Of a DNA stretch of 64,000 nt, positions 21,248 through 31,669 are shown in pieces. The notes under the pieces were generated by a model. It ran no database searches. It was not told where the DNA came from and saw only the letters and a list, made by a program, of their open reading frames with translations. The stretch is from Candidatus Spongiisociaceae bacterium (GTDB lineage Bacteria > Actinomycetota > Acidimicrobiia > Spongiisociales > Spongiisociaceae): assembly GCA_965219685.1 (NCBI GenBank), contig CBDCOH010000002.1, positions 2,688,001 to 2,752,000 of the forward strand. The letters run 5' to 3'. Position numbers and translations under genes: made by a program. How positions within the stretch are numbered: position 1 is the stretch's first letter; every line of letters starts with the position of its first letter.

Positions 21248-22029
21248 TAATACGGTGTATCGCCGCCGTCGACGTTGATGGCCTGACCCCTGATGATCAG
21301 CGCATCGTCCGAAAGGAGAAAGGCGATCACCCTGCCCACCTCCAGCGCGCTCACCCTCCTCGCCAGTTGCGCAGGGCCCATACCCGACAGTAGCTGGTCG
21401 GCCGGTATGTCGAGGCGGGGGGACAACCACTCAGCCACGCCGCGTAGCATCGGGGTGTCGACGCCTCCTGGGCACACCGCGTTCACATTTATACGGTCTT
21501 CGGCCCACTCCATCGAAAGCGACCGGGTGAGACCGATCACCGCGGCCTTGGAGGCGTTATAGGCGGCCATGTTGCGGTAACCGACCTTGCCGCAGTTGGA
21601 CGAGACGTTGACGATGGAGCCTCCGCCGGTGGTCCTCAAGTGCATGCCGACGGCCTTCGCGACCAGGAAGGACCCGGTCACATTGACGTCCAACTGGCGG
21701 TTCCAATCGGAGGCGGTCGCGTCCCAGGCCTCGTCCAGCATCACCGCTCCAGCGTTGTTGACCGCACCGTCGAGGCGCCCGAACCGGTCCAACGTCCCCC
21801 GGACCGCAGCAGCGACATCTTCGACCGAGGAGACATCCCCCTGCAACGCACAGGTCGCGGAGCCATCGGGGTCTACCATCGCGGCGACCCTCTCCGCTCG
21901 GCCGAGATCCAGGTCCACGAGCGCCACCCGGCCACCCTCCTCCAGGATCGCTTGGGTGATGCCGGCCCCGATCCCTCCGGCGGCGCCGGTCACAAGGAAG
22001 ACCCGTCGCGCCAACCTGGGGGCGCTCAT
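21247..22029 (-). CDS. SDR family oxidoreductase (sugar/polyol dehydrogenase-like)
   Basis: VTGAAGGIG...NNAG...SSNCGK...YNASK...NAVCPGGVDT; start MSAPRL at 22029. Confidence 0.92.
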   Translation of the reverse strand: MSAPRLARRVFLVTGAAGGIGAGITQAILEEGGRVALVDLDLGRAERVAAMVDPDGSATCALQGDVSSVEDVAAAVRGTLDRFGRLDGAVNNAGAVMLDEAWDATASDWNRQLDVNVTGSFLVAKAVGMHLRTTGGGSIVNVSSNCGKVGYRNMAAYNASKAAVIGLTRSLSMEWAEDRINVNAVCPGGVDTPMLRGVAEWLSPRLDIPADQLLSGMGPAQLARRVSALEVGRVIAFLLSDDALIIRGQAINVDGGDTPY

Positions 22030-22039
22030 CGCAGCGCTC

Positions 22040-22813
22040 TCACCAGGTGGGCCGGCTGAGTACGCCGCCGTCCACCACCAGGTTGGCGCCGGTGATCCAG
22101 CGGGCCAGGTCAGAGCACAGGAAGACGCAAGCGTCGCCAATGTCCTCCGGTGTACCGAGCCTCCCCATCGGGCACGCGTCCCGCCACCGCCGGACCCCCT
22201 CCGGCCAGGCCGACACAATCCCCGGGCGGCTTATCAGACCGGGCGAGACGGTGTTCACCCGGATGCCCTCAGGTCCGTACGCGAGCGCCGCTGCCCGGGC
22301 GTGCATGATAAGGCCGGCCTTGGAGACCGAGTAGTGACCATGGCCCGGCGCCGGATTGGTCCCCTCGATCGACGAGATGTGGACGATCGAGCCACCCCCT
22401 CCCCGGGTACCCATGGCAGATGCGGCCGCCTGGGTGAGGCGGTGGACCGCGGTCAGGTTGGTGTCGATCATCTCCGACCATTGGGCATCGGTGAGATCCG
22501 CGAAGGGCGCTACAGGTTGGATGCCGGCGTTGTTGACCAGCGCGTCAAGGCGACCGAGGTTCTGCACGACCATATCCACCAGCTCACGCGGACCGTCGAC
22601 CGTGGTCAGGTCCGCCTCCACTCCGGGCAGGGCCTGCCCGCTCCGGTCGCGCAGGTGGCTCACCGGCGAGGAGCGTGTGTGGGCCACCACCGTGGCGCCC
22701 GCTGCCACGAACCGGCGCGCTATCCCGGACCCAATGTTGCCCCCTGCACCTGTGACGACCACAACCCGGCCCGCAAGGTCGATCATGTCGGCCGGAGAGG
22801 GGAGATCACTCAT
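22040..22813 (-). CDS. SDR family oxidoreductase
   Basis: VTGAGGNIG...NNAGIQP...HYSVSKAG...NTVSPGLI. Confidence 0.92.
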   Translation of the reverse strand: MSDLPSPADMIDLAGRVVVVTGAGGNIGSGIARRFVAAGATVVAHTRSSPVSHLRDRSGQALPGVEADLTTVDGPRELVDMVVQNLGRLDALVNNAGIQPVAPFADLTDAQWSEMIDTNLTAVHRLTQAAASAMGTRGGGGSIVHISSIEGTNPAPGHGHYSVSKAGLIMHARAAALAYGPEGIRVNTVSPGLISRPGIVSAWPEGVRRWRDACPMGRLGTPEDIGDACVFLCSDLARWITGANLVVDGGVLSRPTW

Positions 22814-22852
22814 GGCATGGTCCTCTCGGCTGTTCGCGCCCGGAACACTGGA

Positions 22853-23299
22853 CTACTCCCTAACGTAACGGGGGATCCGGCCGGCGGCAGCCGGGTAGCG
22901 GTCCATGAGTTCGGCCGCTTCGCCGAGCTCGAATCCTTCCTCGCGGTAGGGCGGGGCCATGGTGGCGCCCACGAGGGACCAGGCACCCACTGTTCGAGCG
23001 CCCATCCACACTCCGGCCCGCACCGCCAAACACGGTCGCTGCCCTGCGGCCAGATCGTCGCCGAGGACAGGCGCCCGCACTCCTCCCTCCGGTTCCAGCA
23101 GCAGCATCGCCACCGGATCCCCCGCGTAGTGATGCCACAGTTCGGCTGCATCCAGCCGGTGGATGGCCGAGAAATCGCCGGGCTGGAGCAGGTAGTAGAT
23201 ACCGCTCCCGTGTTCGTCCTTCCAAGTGCGAGCCCACATCCCCCCTTCGACGGGGAGCGGTGCCAGACCGAGAAGGGCGACCACTTCGGCGCCGGTCAC
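22853..23299 (-). CDS. Cupin, DUF985/cupin_5-like
   Basis: L.PLPVEGG...IYYLL...HRLDAAELWHHYAGDP...WSLVGATMAPPY...FELG. Confidence 0.88.
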   Translation of the reverse strand: MTGAEVVALLGLAPLPVEGGMWARTWKDEHGSGIYYLLQPGDFSAIHRLDAAELWHHYAGDPVAMLLLEPEGGVRAPVLGDDLAAGQRPCLAVRAGVWMGARTVGAWSLVGATMAPPYREEGFELGEAAELMDRYPAAAGRIPRYVRE

Positions 23300-24600
23300 C
23301 GGGCCAGCCGCCTGGCCCGGCGACCCATCTCCGCGTGGACAGGCGCGGCGTCGATCGAGACAACCCGTCCATCGTCCACCACCTGGCGTCCGCCCACCCA
23401 GACCGACCGGACGGCTCCGGGCGATCCGGACCAGACGACGCGGGAGATGGGATCGTCCTCGTCCGGGATCACCGGCTTCAATGCCGGCTCATCACCGTAG
23501 ATCGCCACCATGTCCGCCCATGCACCGGAGGCGAGGCGCCCAAGGTCAGGACGGTCTATGCAGTCGGCAGCCCCGGCGGTGGCCATATGAAGGGCCTGAT
23601 GGGCCGGGAGTACGGCAGCGTCCCCTGCTTTCAGGCGCGCCAGGCGGATCGCCATCCGCATCTCCTCGAACAGATCGAGGCGGTGGTGGGACGCGGGCCC
23701 GTCGGTCCCCAGACCGACCCGGACGCCCGCCTCTACGAGTTCCGGTACTCGAGCAACACCGGAGCCGTGCTTGGCGTTCGAACACGGGCAGTGGGCCACC
23801 GCCGTCCCGTTCCGGGCGAGGATCTCGATGTCATCGTCCGCCATCCATACCGCATGGGCAGCCAGGGCCCGGCCTTCCAGGAGCCCCAGTGACTCGAGGT
23901 ACGCCGGCGCGGACATCCCGGACCGCTCCCGCACCGCACCGTCCTCCCACTCCTGCTCTGCAACGTGGATATGCACCAGCATTCCGGTCTCGGAACCGAT
24001 GGCGGCGATCCGGCGCAGGCACTCGTCGGACAGCGAGTAGGCGGCGTGCGGACCGAGACCCACCTCGATCAGATCGTTCGACGCCCAACGCTCCCATGTG
24101 GCCACCATCTCTTCCAACTGAGCCTGCCAGGTACCGAAGCGGTCGAGTTGGGCATCCTCGATCACCGGCGCTGTCACGAGACACCTGAGGCCGGCATCGG
24201 CGGCGCCTGCCGCCACGGCATCCCCGTGGAAGTACATCTCGACCGAACTGGTGATCCCGTTGGCGAGCAACTCGATAGCACCCGCCTGCATCCCGACCCG
24301 CACGTCCTCCGGGGTCAGGCGAGCTTCTCGCGGCCACATGACCTCGTGGAGCCAACGGTCCACCGGCAGACCCTCCCCCGCTCCCCTGAGCAGCACCATC
24401 GGCGTATGACAGTGGATGTTGACCATTCCCGGCATGAGGACGCCGTCGATGCGATGAACCGTGGCGTCACCAGGGTCGGGCGCCTCGGAAACCGGCCCCG
24501 ACCAGACGACCCGTCCCTCCTCTACGTCCACCACCCCGTCCGGGATCGGACGCTGGTCGCCGGACATGGTCAGCAGCGTGTCTGCTAGGTAACGGTCCAT
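23296..24600 (-). CDS. Amidohydrolase, MTA/SAH (5'-deoxyadenosine) deaminase-like
   Basis: PGMVNIHCH...GPHAAYS...HIHVAE...AHAVW...HCPCSN.K...GLGTDG; start MDRYL at 24600. Confidence 0.88.
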   Translation of the reverse strand: MDRYLADTLLTMSGDQRPIPDGVVDVEEGRVVWSGPVSEAPDPGDATVHRIDGVLMPGMVNIHCHTPMVLLRGAGEGLPVDRWLHEVMWPREARLTPEDVRVGMQAGAIELLANGITSSVEMYFHGDAVAAGAADAGLRCLVTAPVIEDAQLDRFGTWQAQLEEMVATWERWASNDLIEVGLGPHAAYSLSDECLRRIAAIGSETGMLVHIHVAEQEWEDGAVRERSGMSAPAYLESLGLLEGRALAAHAVWMADDDIEILARNGTAVAHCPCSNAKHGSGVARVPELVEAGVRVGLGTDGPASHHRLDLFEEMRMAIRLARLKAGDAAVLPAHQALHMATAGAADCIDRPDLGRLASGAWADMVAIYGDEPALKPVIPDEDDPISRVVWSGSPGAVRSVWVGGRQVVDDGRVVSIDAAPVHAEMGRRARRLAR

Positions 24601-24767
24601 GCGGCCTCCTGGATGGTGGGCGTCTTGCCCCACCAGTATCCGTTGATGCACTTCGCTTAGGGCTCGGCGACTCGATGATAAGGGACGATCGGGCAAACGA
24701 CACAGCTCAAAGGCACCGACCTCCGTGCGGCCCCGCCACGTAGCCACCGGCCACTATCCTACGGCCC

Positions 24768-25832
24768 GTGGGATCTCTCGGAGGCCGTTCACTCGACTGG
24801 ATCGACGGAGCCGTGCTCATGGTCGATCAGACCCGGCTCCCGGACTCGTACGAAACGCTGCGGATCGAATCGGTGCCGGACATGGTGGCCGCTATTCGCC
24901 GCCTCTCGGTCCGGGGCGCCCCGGCGATCGGGGTGGCGGGAGCGCTGGGAGTGGTCCTGGCGATCCAGGCTCACGGCACATCGGGAGGGGAACTCGACTC
25001 CGCGATAGCCTTCCTGCGTCAGGCCCGCCCCACCGCCGTCAACCTGGCACGGATGGTGGATCGGGTGGCGGCGGTGGCCCGGCACGGTCTCGACCGGGCC
25101 TTGCGGGAGGCCCTGCGCATACGGGATGAGGAGATCGCCGCGTCGGTGTCGATGGGCGAGTACGGCGCCGACCTGGTCCTAGAGCTGGTCGGCAGGCCCA
25201 GCGCGCGGGCCATGACCATCTGCAACACCGGCGGGCTGGCCACGATAGAACGCGGGACGGCATTAGCGGTGATCCAGACTCTGCATGAGCGGGGGACTCT
25301 TGCGGAAGCCCTGGCCCTGGAAACCAGGCCCCTCCTTCAAGGAGCTCGCCTCACCACGTGGGAACTCGGCCGGATGGGCGCTCCGCACCGTCTGCTAGTG
25401 GACTCGGCGGCCCCGTTCATGCTGGCCCGCCGCCAGGCAGATGTGGTCCTGACCGGAGCCGACCGGGTTGCCGCCAACGGCGACACCGCCAACAAGATCG
25501 GGACCTTCTCCTTGGCCCTCGGAGCGCGAAACGCCGGGGTCCCCTTCATCGTGGTGGCGCCCGAGTCGACCCTCGACTTCGACACGCCCGACGGCGCTTC
25601 GATACCGATCGAGGACCGGGATGGCGAAGAGGTGGTGACCGTCCGGGCCGCGAGCACGGCCCCGGACAACACGCGGGCGGCCAACCCGGCCTTCGACATA
25701 ACGCCGGCCGCGTTGATAACCGCGATCGTGACCGACCGCCGGGTAGTTCGCCTGGATAGGGGTGATAGCTTGGGCTCGGTCCCACTGGGGGAGCTACGCC
25801 GACCGCTGACCCCCGGAGCAATGAAGCCATGA
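24768..25832 (+). CDS. mtnA: S-methyl-5-thioribose-1-phosphate isomerase
   Basis: DQTRLP...VRGAPAIG...RPTAVNL...TICNTGGLAT...ETRPLLQGARLT...GADRVAANGDTANKIGT. Confidence 0.95.
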   Translation: MGSLGGRSLDWIDGAVLMVDQTRLPDSYETLRIESVPDMVAAIRRLSVRGAPAIGVAGALGVVLAIQAHGTSGGELDSAIAFLRQARPTAVNLARMVDRVAAVARHGLDRALREALRIRDEEIAASVSMGEYGADLVLELVGRPSARAMTICNTGGLATIERGTALAVIQTLHERGTLAEALALETRPLLQGARLTTWELGRMGAPHRLLVDSAAPFMLARRQADVVLTGADRVAANGDTANKIGTFSLALGARNAGVPFIVVAPESTLDFDTPDGASIPIEDRDGEEVVTVRAASTAPDNTRAANPAFDITPAALITAIVTDRRVVRLDRGDSLGSVPLGELRRPLTPGAMKP

Positions 25833-25902
25833 ACCATAAACTCGGTCTCGCGCGGCCAGGGGCCGCGCGCCGACCCAAAGAGAAGAAAGCGAGGACCGCA
25901 TC

Positions 25903-26994
25903 ATGAAACGAACCTGGAGAATCCTCATCCTCACCCTACTCCTCGCCATGGTCGGTGTGGCCTGCGGCGATGACGCAGCGGAGGAACCTACGACCACCGC
26001 TGCTGCTCCGCAGACAACCGCCGCCCCGGTCACGGAGGCAACCACCACGACTGCGGCTGCCGAACCGGTCAGCCTGATCTATGTCAGCCCCAACCCGTTG
26101 GGGGTGAACAACTTTCTGATTCTGGGCGAGGTGGGTACCCAGCGGGTGGCCGAGCGGCGAGGCGGAACTTGGAAGACCTTCGAGTCGGTGGACGATTCCA
26201 CCCGGCGCGCCAACATCGAGGCGGCCATCGACGAGGCGCCGGACGTCATCGTTCTGACCACGTTCACGCTCGTCGAGATGGCCGACGAGTACTCGAAGGC
26301 CAATCCCGACCAGAAGTTCATCATCATCGACGCCTGCCCGGACGAGCCGGCGCCCAACCTGCACTGCGGAGTCTTCCGGGAGCACGAAGGCGCCTTCCTG
26401 CTCGGAGTGATGGCCGGCCATCTCTCCGAGGCCAAGCAGATCGGATCGGTTGCGGCGCTCGACATCCCCTTCTTCAAGCGGTGGTGGCAGAGCTTCGCCG
26501 AGGGAGCGCAGTCGGTTGATCCCGATATCGCCAACTCGGTGGTGTTCATCGCCGGCGACAACCCGTTCTCCGATCCCGCCCGCGCCAAGGAACTCGCACT
26601 TTCGCTGGCGGCGCAGGGTCCCGACCATATCTTCGCGGTCGGCGCCGGGTCCAACGGCGGTGTGTTCGAAGCCGCCCAGGAGGCCGGTTTCCTCTCGTAC
26701 GGCGTGGACGTCAACGAGTGCCCCAGCGCGCCCGGCTACATCGTCGACAACAACCTGAAGGTGGTCGATGCGGTAGTCGAGCAACTCCTTGACCAGGTGC
26801 TGGACGGAACGGCCGGTCCCGTGGTGTCCTTCGGACTGGCCGAGGGCGGCACCGGAGTGATGGCCCTCCAGCCGGACCTTGCTGACAGCCAGTGCGTCAT
26901 CGCCGACCACCCCGAGATCGTCGAAGAGGTCCGCGCGGTAGCCGACGGCATCATCGACGGCTCGATCGTGGTCAACGATCCCTTGTTCGGCTGA
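25903..26994 (+). CDS. BMP-family ABC transporter substrate-binding lipoprotein (nucleoside-type)
   Basis: Lipobox VGVAC, Thr/Ala-rich linker, FREHEGAFLLG, F.DPARAKE, YGVD. Confidence 0.9.
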   Translation: MKRTWRILILTLLLAMVGVACGDDAAEEPTTTAAAPQTTAAPVTEATTTTAAAEPVSLIYVSPNPLGVNNFLILGEVGTQRVAERRGGTWKTFESVDDSTRRANIEAAIDEAPDVIVLTTFTLVEMADEYSKANPDQKFIIIDACPDEPAPNLHCGVFREHEGAFLLGVMAGHLSEAKQIGSVAALDIPFFKRWWQSFAEGAQSVDPDIANSVVFIAGDNPFSDPARAKELALSLAAQGPDHIFAVGAGSNGGVFEAAQEAGFLSYGVDVNECPSAPGYIVDNNLKVVDAVVEQLLDQVLDGTAGPVVSFGLAEGGTGVMALQPDLADSQCVIADHPEIVEEVRAVADGIIDGSIVVNDPLFG

Positions 26995-27046
26995 TCGGGA
27001 GTCGTTCGGCCTTCCGGGAAAAAACCGTGATAGCGGCTGATAAGCC

Positions 27047-28570
27047 GTGACACCGGCTCTTGAGTTCCGGGGAGTAACCAAGCGGTTCCCGGGAGTGCTT
27101 GCCAACGACGCGATCGACATGACGGTGCGCGCCGGGGAGATACACGCCGTGGTCGGGGAGAACGGGGCCGGCAAGACGACCCTGATGTCGATCCTGTTCG
27201 GCTTGTTCCCGGCCGATGCGGGCCACATCCTGGTCAACGGTAAGCCGGCGCGGTTCGCATCCGCTCTGGACGCAATACGGGCCGGACTCGGAATGGTGCA
27301 TCAGGCCTTCCGGCTCTTCCCCACGTTGACCGTGGCTGACAACGTGGTATTCCGGGAGGAGCCCACCCGGAGTGGCCTGGTGGACCGGTCCGAGAGCATT
27401 CGACAGGTGAGCGATGTTGCGAACCGGTATGGACTGGCGGTCGACCCGACCGCGGTGGTCGAGAATCTCCCGGTGGGAGTGTTGCAGAGGGTCGAGATCC
27501 TCAAGGCCCTCTACCGGGATGCGCAGATCCTCATCCTGGATGAACCGACCGCGGTGCTGACCCCCCAGGAGCGCGACAAGCTGTTCGAGGTGATCAGGCT
27601 ATTGAGGGACTCCGGACGCACGATCCTTTTCATCACCCACAAGCTCGGCGAGGTGATGTCCCTGTCGGATCGAGTCACGGTGCTCCGGGACGGCAGGTCG
27701 GTGGCCCATCTCATCACCGCCGACACGAACCCTGAGGAGATCGCTCGACACATGACCGGACGCGATGTCGATCTGGACCGGCGGGCGCCTAGGCACAGCC
27801 CGGGGAGAACGGTGCTGACCGTATCGGACCTCAGCGCAACCGGGGAGCATGGGCGGCCAGCTGTTCATGAGGCGACGTTGAAGGTTCGTTCAGGCGAGAT
27901 CGTCGGGATAGCAGGCATCGCAGGCAACGGCCAGAGCGAGCTCATCGAGGTGATTGCCGGGTTACGGATACCGGAGACGGGATCGGTCGACCTCAACGGC
28001 GTCGATATCACCCACGCCGAGGTGTCGGCCCGCCGGGCCGCCGGCATGGCCTACGTGCCGGAGGATCGCCACGGGGTGGGGACCAGCCACCGGGCCTCGG
28101 TATGGGCCAACCTGCTGATGAGTCACCAGCGCGGACCGGAGTTCCAGCGGCGAGGCTGGTTCAACCTGCGGGCCATCCGGAACCATGCCCGCAGTCTTAT
28201 CAGCGCCTACGACATCCGATCGGGTCCGATCGGCAGTCCCGTCTCCACTCTGTCGGGCGGTAACCTCCAGAAGGTCGTCGTAGCGCGCGAGATGTCGCAC
28301 GGAGCTCCTCTACTCATCGCCGAGCAGCCCACCAGAGGGCTCGACATCGCTGCGATCGAGTTCATCCACAGCCGACTCATACAGTTCCGGGACAGGGGTG
28401 GAGCCGTCTTGATGGTGTCGGCCGAGTTGTCCGAGATCCTTGCTCTGAGCACCCGGATCCTGGTCATGTTCGGAGGGCGGATCGTCGTCGAGTTGGACCC
28501 GGCCGAAGTTACCGAGGCCGGGATCGGGCTGTACATGACGGGAGCACACCAGGAGCACGCTGATGGCTGA
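27047..28570 (+). CDS. Nucleoside/sugar ABC transporter ATP-binding protein (two ABC domains)
   Basis: GENGAGKTT; LILDEPTAVL; LSGGNLQK; EQPTRGLD. Confidence 0.95.
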   Translation: MTPALEFRGVTKRFPGVLANDAIDMTVRAGEIHAVVGENGAGKTTLMSILFGLFPADAGHILVNGKPARFASALDAIRAGLGMVHQAFRLFPTLTVADNVVFREEPTRSGLVDRSESIRQVSDVANRYGLAVDPTAVVENLPVGVLQRVEILKALYRDAQILILDEPTAVLTPQERDKLFEVIRLLRDSGRTILFITHKLGEVMSLSDRVTVLRDGRSVAHLITADTNPEEIARHMTGRDVDLDRRAPRHSPGRTVLTVSDLSATGEHGRPAVHEATLKVRSGEIVGIAGIAGNGQSELIEVIAGLRIPETGSVDLNGVDITHAEVSARRAAGMAYVPEDRHGVGTSHRASVWANLLMSHQRGPEFQRRGWFNLRAIRNHARSLISAYDIRSGPIGSPVSTLSGGNLQKVVVAREMSHGAPLLIAEQPTRGLDIAAIEFIHSRLIQFRDRGGAVLMVSAELSEILALSTRILVMFGGRIVVELDPAEVTEAGIGLYMTGAHQEHADG

Positions 28571-29672
28571 TAGCCGATCGACCCGGCGCCGCGGCGCCGG
28601 CGCCACGATCGAGGCGGCACTGGCCCATCCGGTTGTCTTTTCGCTGGTCTTCGCTTTCGCCCTGGGCTGGGCGATCGTCTACCTGACCGGGAACGACCCC
28701 GGCTTCGCGTACCGCGAGATGTTGGACGGGGCGGTCGCCGGCTCCGGGCTCCGCAACACCCTCGGGAGAGCCGTTCCGATCGTCGGGATGGCGCTTGCGG
28801 TGTCGGTTGCCTTCCGGGCAGGGGTCATCAACCTCGGTGGGGAAGGCCAGATGGTCATGGGGGGCCTGGCGGGGAGCCTGGTGGCGATCTACGTACCGGG
28901 ACCGGGCGAGATCGTTATTCCCCTGGCGATGGTCGTGGGGGGATTGGCCGGAGCGATGTGGGCGATGCTACCCGCCTTCGGACAGACCCGCCTCCGCCTA
29001 CCTATCCTCATCACCAGCCTGCTGCTCAACTACGTGGCCAGAGCTGTGACCGGATACCTGGTTCGGTTCCACTTCCTGGACGACTCCGTGACTCTGACCT
29101 CAACGCGCCAGGTTCCCGAGACCGCACGGATGCCCAAGCTGCCGCTATTCGGAGGCGTAAGCCTGTCGCTCGTGCTGGTTGTCCTCGCGGTAGTGGTGGC
29201 GTGGGTGTTCTATCGACGGACCGTGCCCGGTTACGAGACGCAGATGGCCGGCTTCAACGGACGGTTCGCCCGCTACGGGGGAATACAGGTGGAACGCCAA
29301 ACCGTTGGAGTGATGGTCGTGGCCGGCGCCATCGGCGGGGCGATCGGAACCCATATGATCATCGGCGACGCCTACCGCTTCATCGATGGGGAACTGGTGG
29401 TGAGCGGTCTGGCCTGGACCGGCCTCCTGGTTGCGCTGCTGGCCGCCAACCATCCACCGATGATCCTGGTGGCCGGACTGCTGTTCTCGGGCCTCCAGAT
29501 AGGGGGATTGGCCATGCAGCGCAACGCCGATGTGTCATGGCGCCTGTCCCAGGTACTCCAAGCACTGGTGATCGTCGCGGTGGCCAGCCGTCTGACCTTC
29601 GACCTGTTCAGGCGGCGGCGGAAGGGCCCCACCACCGGCGAGCTCGAGTCTGCCGCCGTGGGAGAAGTGTGA
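28563..29672 (+). CDS. Nucleoside ABC transporter permease 1
   Basis: AFRAGVINLGGEGQ; multiple TM helices. Confidence 0.92.
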   Translation: MADSRSTRRRGAGATIEAALAHPVVFSLVFAFALGWAIVYLTGNDPGFAYREMLDGAVAGSGLRNTLGRAVPIVGMALAVSVAFRAGVINLGGEGQMVMGGLAGSLVAIYVPGPGEIVIPLAMVVGGLAGAMWAMLPAFGQTRLRLPILITSLLLNYVARAVTGYLVRFHFLDDSVTLTSTRQVPETARMPKLPLFGGVSLSLVLVVLAVVVAWVFYRRTVPGYETQMAGFNGRFARYGGIQVERQTVGVMVVAGAIGGAIGTHMIIGDAYRFIDGELVVSGLAWTGLLVALLAANHPPMILVAGLLFSGLQIGGLAMQRNADVSWRLSQVLQALVIVAVASRLTFDLFRRRRKGPTTGELESAAVGEV

Positions 29673-30592
29673 TGTTCGAGCAACTGTTCGACGCAGCCCT
29701 TCTGGAATCAGTGATCAGGGCAATGGTCCCGATCCTGCTAGCCGCCCTGGGCGGGATGATCTGCGAACGAGCCGGCGTGTTCCAGATCGCAATGGAAGGA
29801 ATGATGCTGGCCGGGGCCTTCGCGGCGATGGCCGGTTCGTACCTGGCCGTCTCCAGCGGCCTGGGGGTGGTGTTCGGAGTGATCGCCGGGGTGCTGGTGT
29901 CCCTGATGCTGGCATTCGGGACCGTCAGCCGGAAGGGGGATCCCATCGTGCTTGGCATCGCTCTCAACCTGATGGCGCTGGGGCTCACCGGATTCCTGCT
30001 CCCACAGATCTTCGGCGTGCGCGGCACGTTCCGCCACGAACGTATCGACGGACTGGATCGGCTACCGATTCCGGGCCTGTCGGAGATCCCGTGGATCGGG
30101 TCGGTCCTCTTCGACCAGACGATTCTCGGCTACCTGGCCTTCCTTCTGGTGCCGGCCATCTGGCTCGTCCTGTTCCGCACGCCGCTGGGTCTGCGCCTTC
30201 GGGGAGTGGGCGAGCGCCCTCTGGCGGCCGAGTCATTGGGTGTCAGCCCCACCGCCTACAAGTATGGCGCGGTGATCGTTTCGGGCGTCCTGTCGGGAAT
30301 GGCCGGAGCGCAGCTGGCATTGGGCAACCTGGTGCTGTTCGCCGAGGGCATGTCGGCGGGACGGGGCTGGGTCGCGGTGGTGGCGGTGATGCTCGGGAGA
30401 GCCCATCCCTTCGCTGTGTTCGGCGCCAGTCTCCTCTTCGCGTTCGCCGAGGGTCTCGGGTTCCGGCTGCAGGGCAACGGCCTACCCGTGCAGATAACCG
30501 ATGCCCTCCCCTTCGTGGTCACCCTCATCGCATTGATCGCCGCCCGCAAACGGTTCGTTCGGCTCCTGGACCTCACCACTGCCACGAATTGA
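29672..30592 (+). CDS. Nucleoside ABC transporter permease 2
   Basis: ATG at 29672 coupled to the upstream TGA; ERAGVFQIAMEG...GLRLRGVGE.P.AAES.G...AGRGWVA. Confidence 0.92.
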   Translation: MFEQLFDAALLESVIRAMVPILLAALGGMICERAGVFQIAMEGMMLAGAFAAMAGSYLAVSSGLGVVFGVIAGVLVSLMLAFGTVSRKGDPIVLGIALNLMALGLTGFLLPQIFGVRGTFRHERIDGLDRLPIPGLSEIPWIGSVLFDQTILGYLAFLLVPAIWLVLFRTPLGLRLRGVGERPLAAESLGVSPTAYKYGAVIVSGVLSGMAGAQLALGNLVLFAEGMSAGRGWVAVVAVMLGRAHPFAVFGASLLFAFAEGLGFRLQGNGLPVQITDALPFVVTLIALIAARKRFVRLLDLTTATN

Positions 30593-30639
30593 CAGGGCGG
30601 CTTCCGACTCCGGTAACGGTGGCCGGAGCCCGCCGGCTT

Positions 30640-31578
30640 TCAAGGCGTCGAGGGCGAGAAGGCCAGAGGGTTGGCGTCCTGGTCGACCGGTGGATTTGAG
30701 GGATCCGAACCGACCAACTCGAGAAGTCTGGCGGCCCGTGGATCGAGATCGCTGTCGACTCTCCATACGGCCTCGATGACCCTGAGCGCCACCAGCGGCC
30801 CTTCGTCCAGGGGAGAGCCAGGCTCGGCTTCCGCCACCTGCCGCGGGAGCACCGTACTCGCGTAGCCCAGCACCGCCATCTGGCGGAGCACCGTGGGGTG
30901 GGCGGACTCGAGAGCCACCTCCGGGCGGATACCGAGTTGCGCCAGGCCCTGATCGATCAGGAGCCGGGTGCGGGACCCGGGAGGGTACAGCGCCCAGCCT
31001 TCAGCAGTCGGCTCGTAGCCGCCCGTGTCGCCAGGCGCGACCGGGGGATCGTGTGCCAGGGAATAGACATGCATCCGCTCGACGGTGACGCGCCTCGAGT
31101 TGTAACGAGCCCCGGCCGGCCCCACGACGAAGGCCAGGTCCACCTGGTAGTCGTCGAGCATCGACAGCAGTTCGGCGGACTCGGCCACCACCAACTGCAG
31201 ATCGATGTCGGGGAGATCCTCCTGCAGCCGCCGCAGCCCGGACGGGAGGGTGTACAGACCGACCGTGTCGATCATCCCCACCCGGAGGGAACCGACCTCG
31301 CCACGCTCCCAACTCTCCAGCCACCTGAGCAGATCGGTCGTCTGGCCTATGACCTGGTCCGCGTAGCGGGCCACCCGCAGTCCGGCCTCGGTCAGCACCC
31401 GCCGCCGACCGTCCCGTCTGAACAGGGGTGCTCCCAGGCGCCTGGCGAGCTCCGCCAGTGAGTGGGACAGAGCCGGCTGGCTGATGCCCAGCCCCCAAGC
31501 GGCCTCAGTGAACGAACCGGATCGCTCGACCTCTTGGAGGTAGCGCAGGCTCCTGAAATTGAGTGGCGGGATATCCAT
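30640..31578 (-). CDS. LysR-family transcriptional regulator
   Basis: GSFTEAAWGLGISQPALSHSLAELARRLGAPLFRRDGRRRVLTEAG. Confidence 0.95.
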   Translation of the reverse strand: MDIPPLNFRSLRYLQEVERSGSFTEAAWGLGISQPALSHSLAELARRLGAPLFRRDGRRRVLTEAGLRVARYADQVIGQTTDLLRWLESWERGEVGSLRVGMIDTVGLYTLPSGLRRLQEDLPDIDLQLVVAESAELLSMLDDYQVDLAFVVGPAGARYNSRRVTVERMHVYSLAHDPPVAPGDTGGYEPTAEGWALYPPGSRTRLLIDQGLAQLGIRPEVALESAHPTVLRQMAVLGYASTVLPRQVAEAEPGSPLDEGPLVALRVIEAVWRVDSDLDPRAARLLELVGSDPSNPPVDQDANPLAFSPSTP

Positions 31579-31645
31579 AAGTAATCCTAATCATAAGCCA
31601 TAGAACTATCTATTTGACTGATGAGAAGTCGAGGTCAGACTGTAG
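31575..31645. promoter_or_regulatory. Divergent LysR/ino1 promoter with T-N11-A box
   Basis: AT-rich spacer with TAAGTAATCCTAA (T-N11-A), repeated CATAAG, and TTGACT -35-like hexamer at 31614. Confidence 0.55.
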
Positions 31646-31669
31646 TCACCAGATGCAGAGGATGTAAGA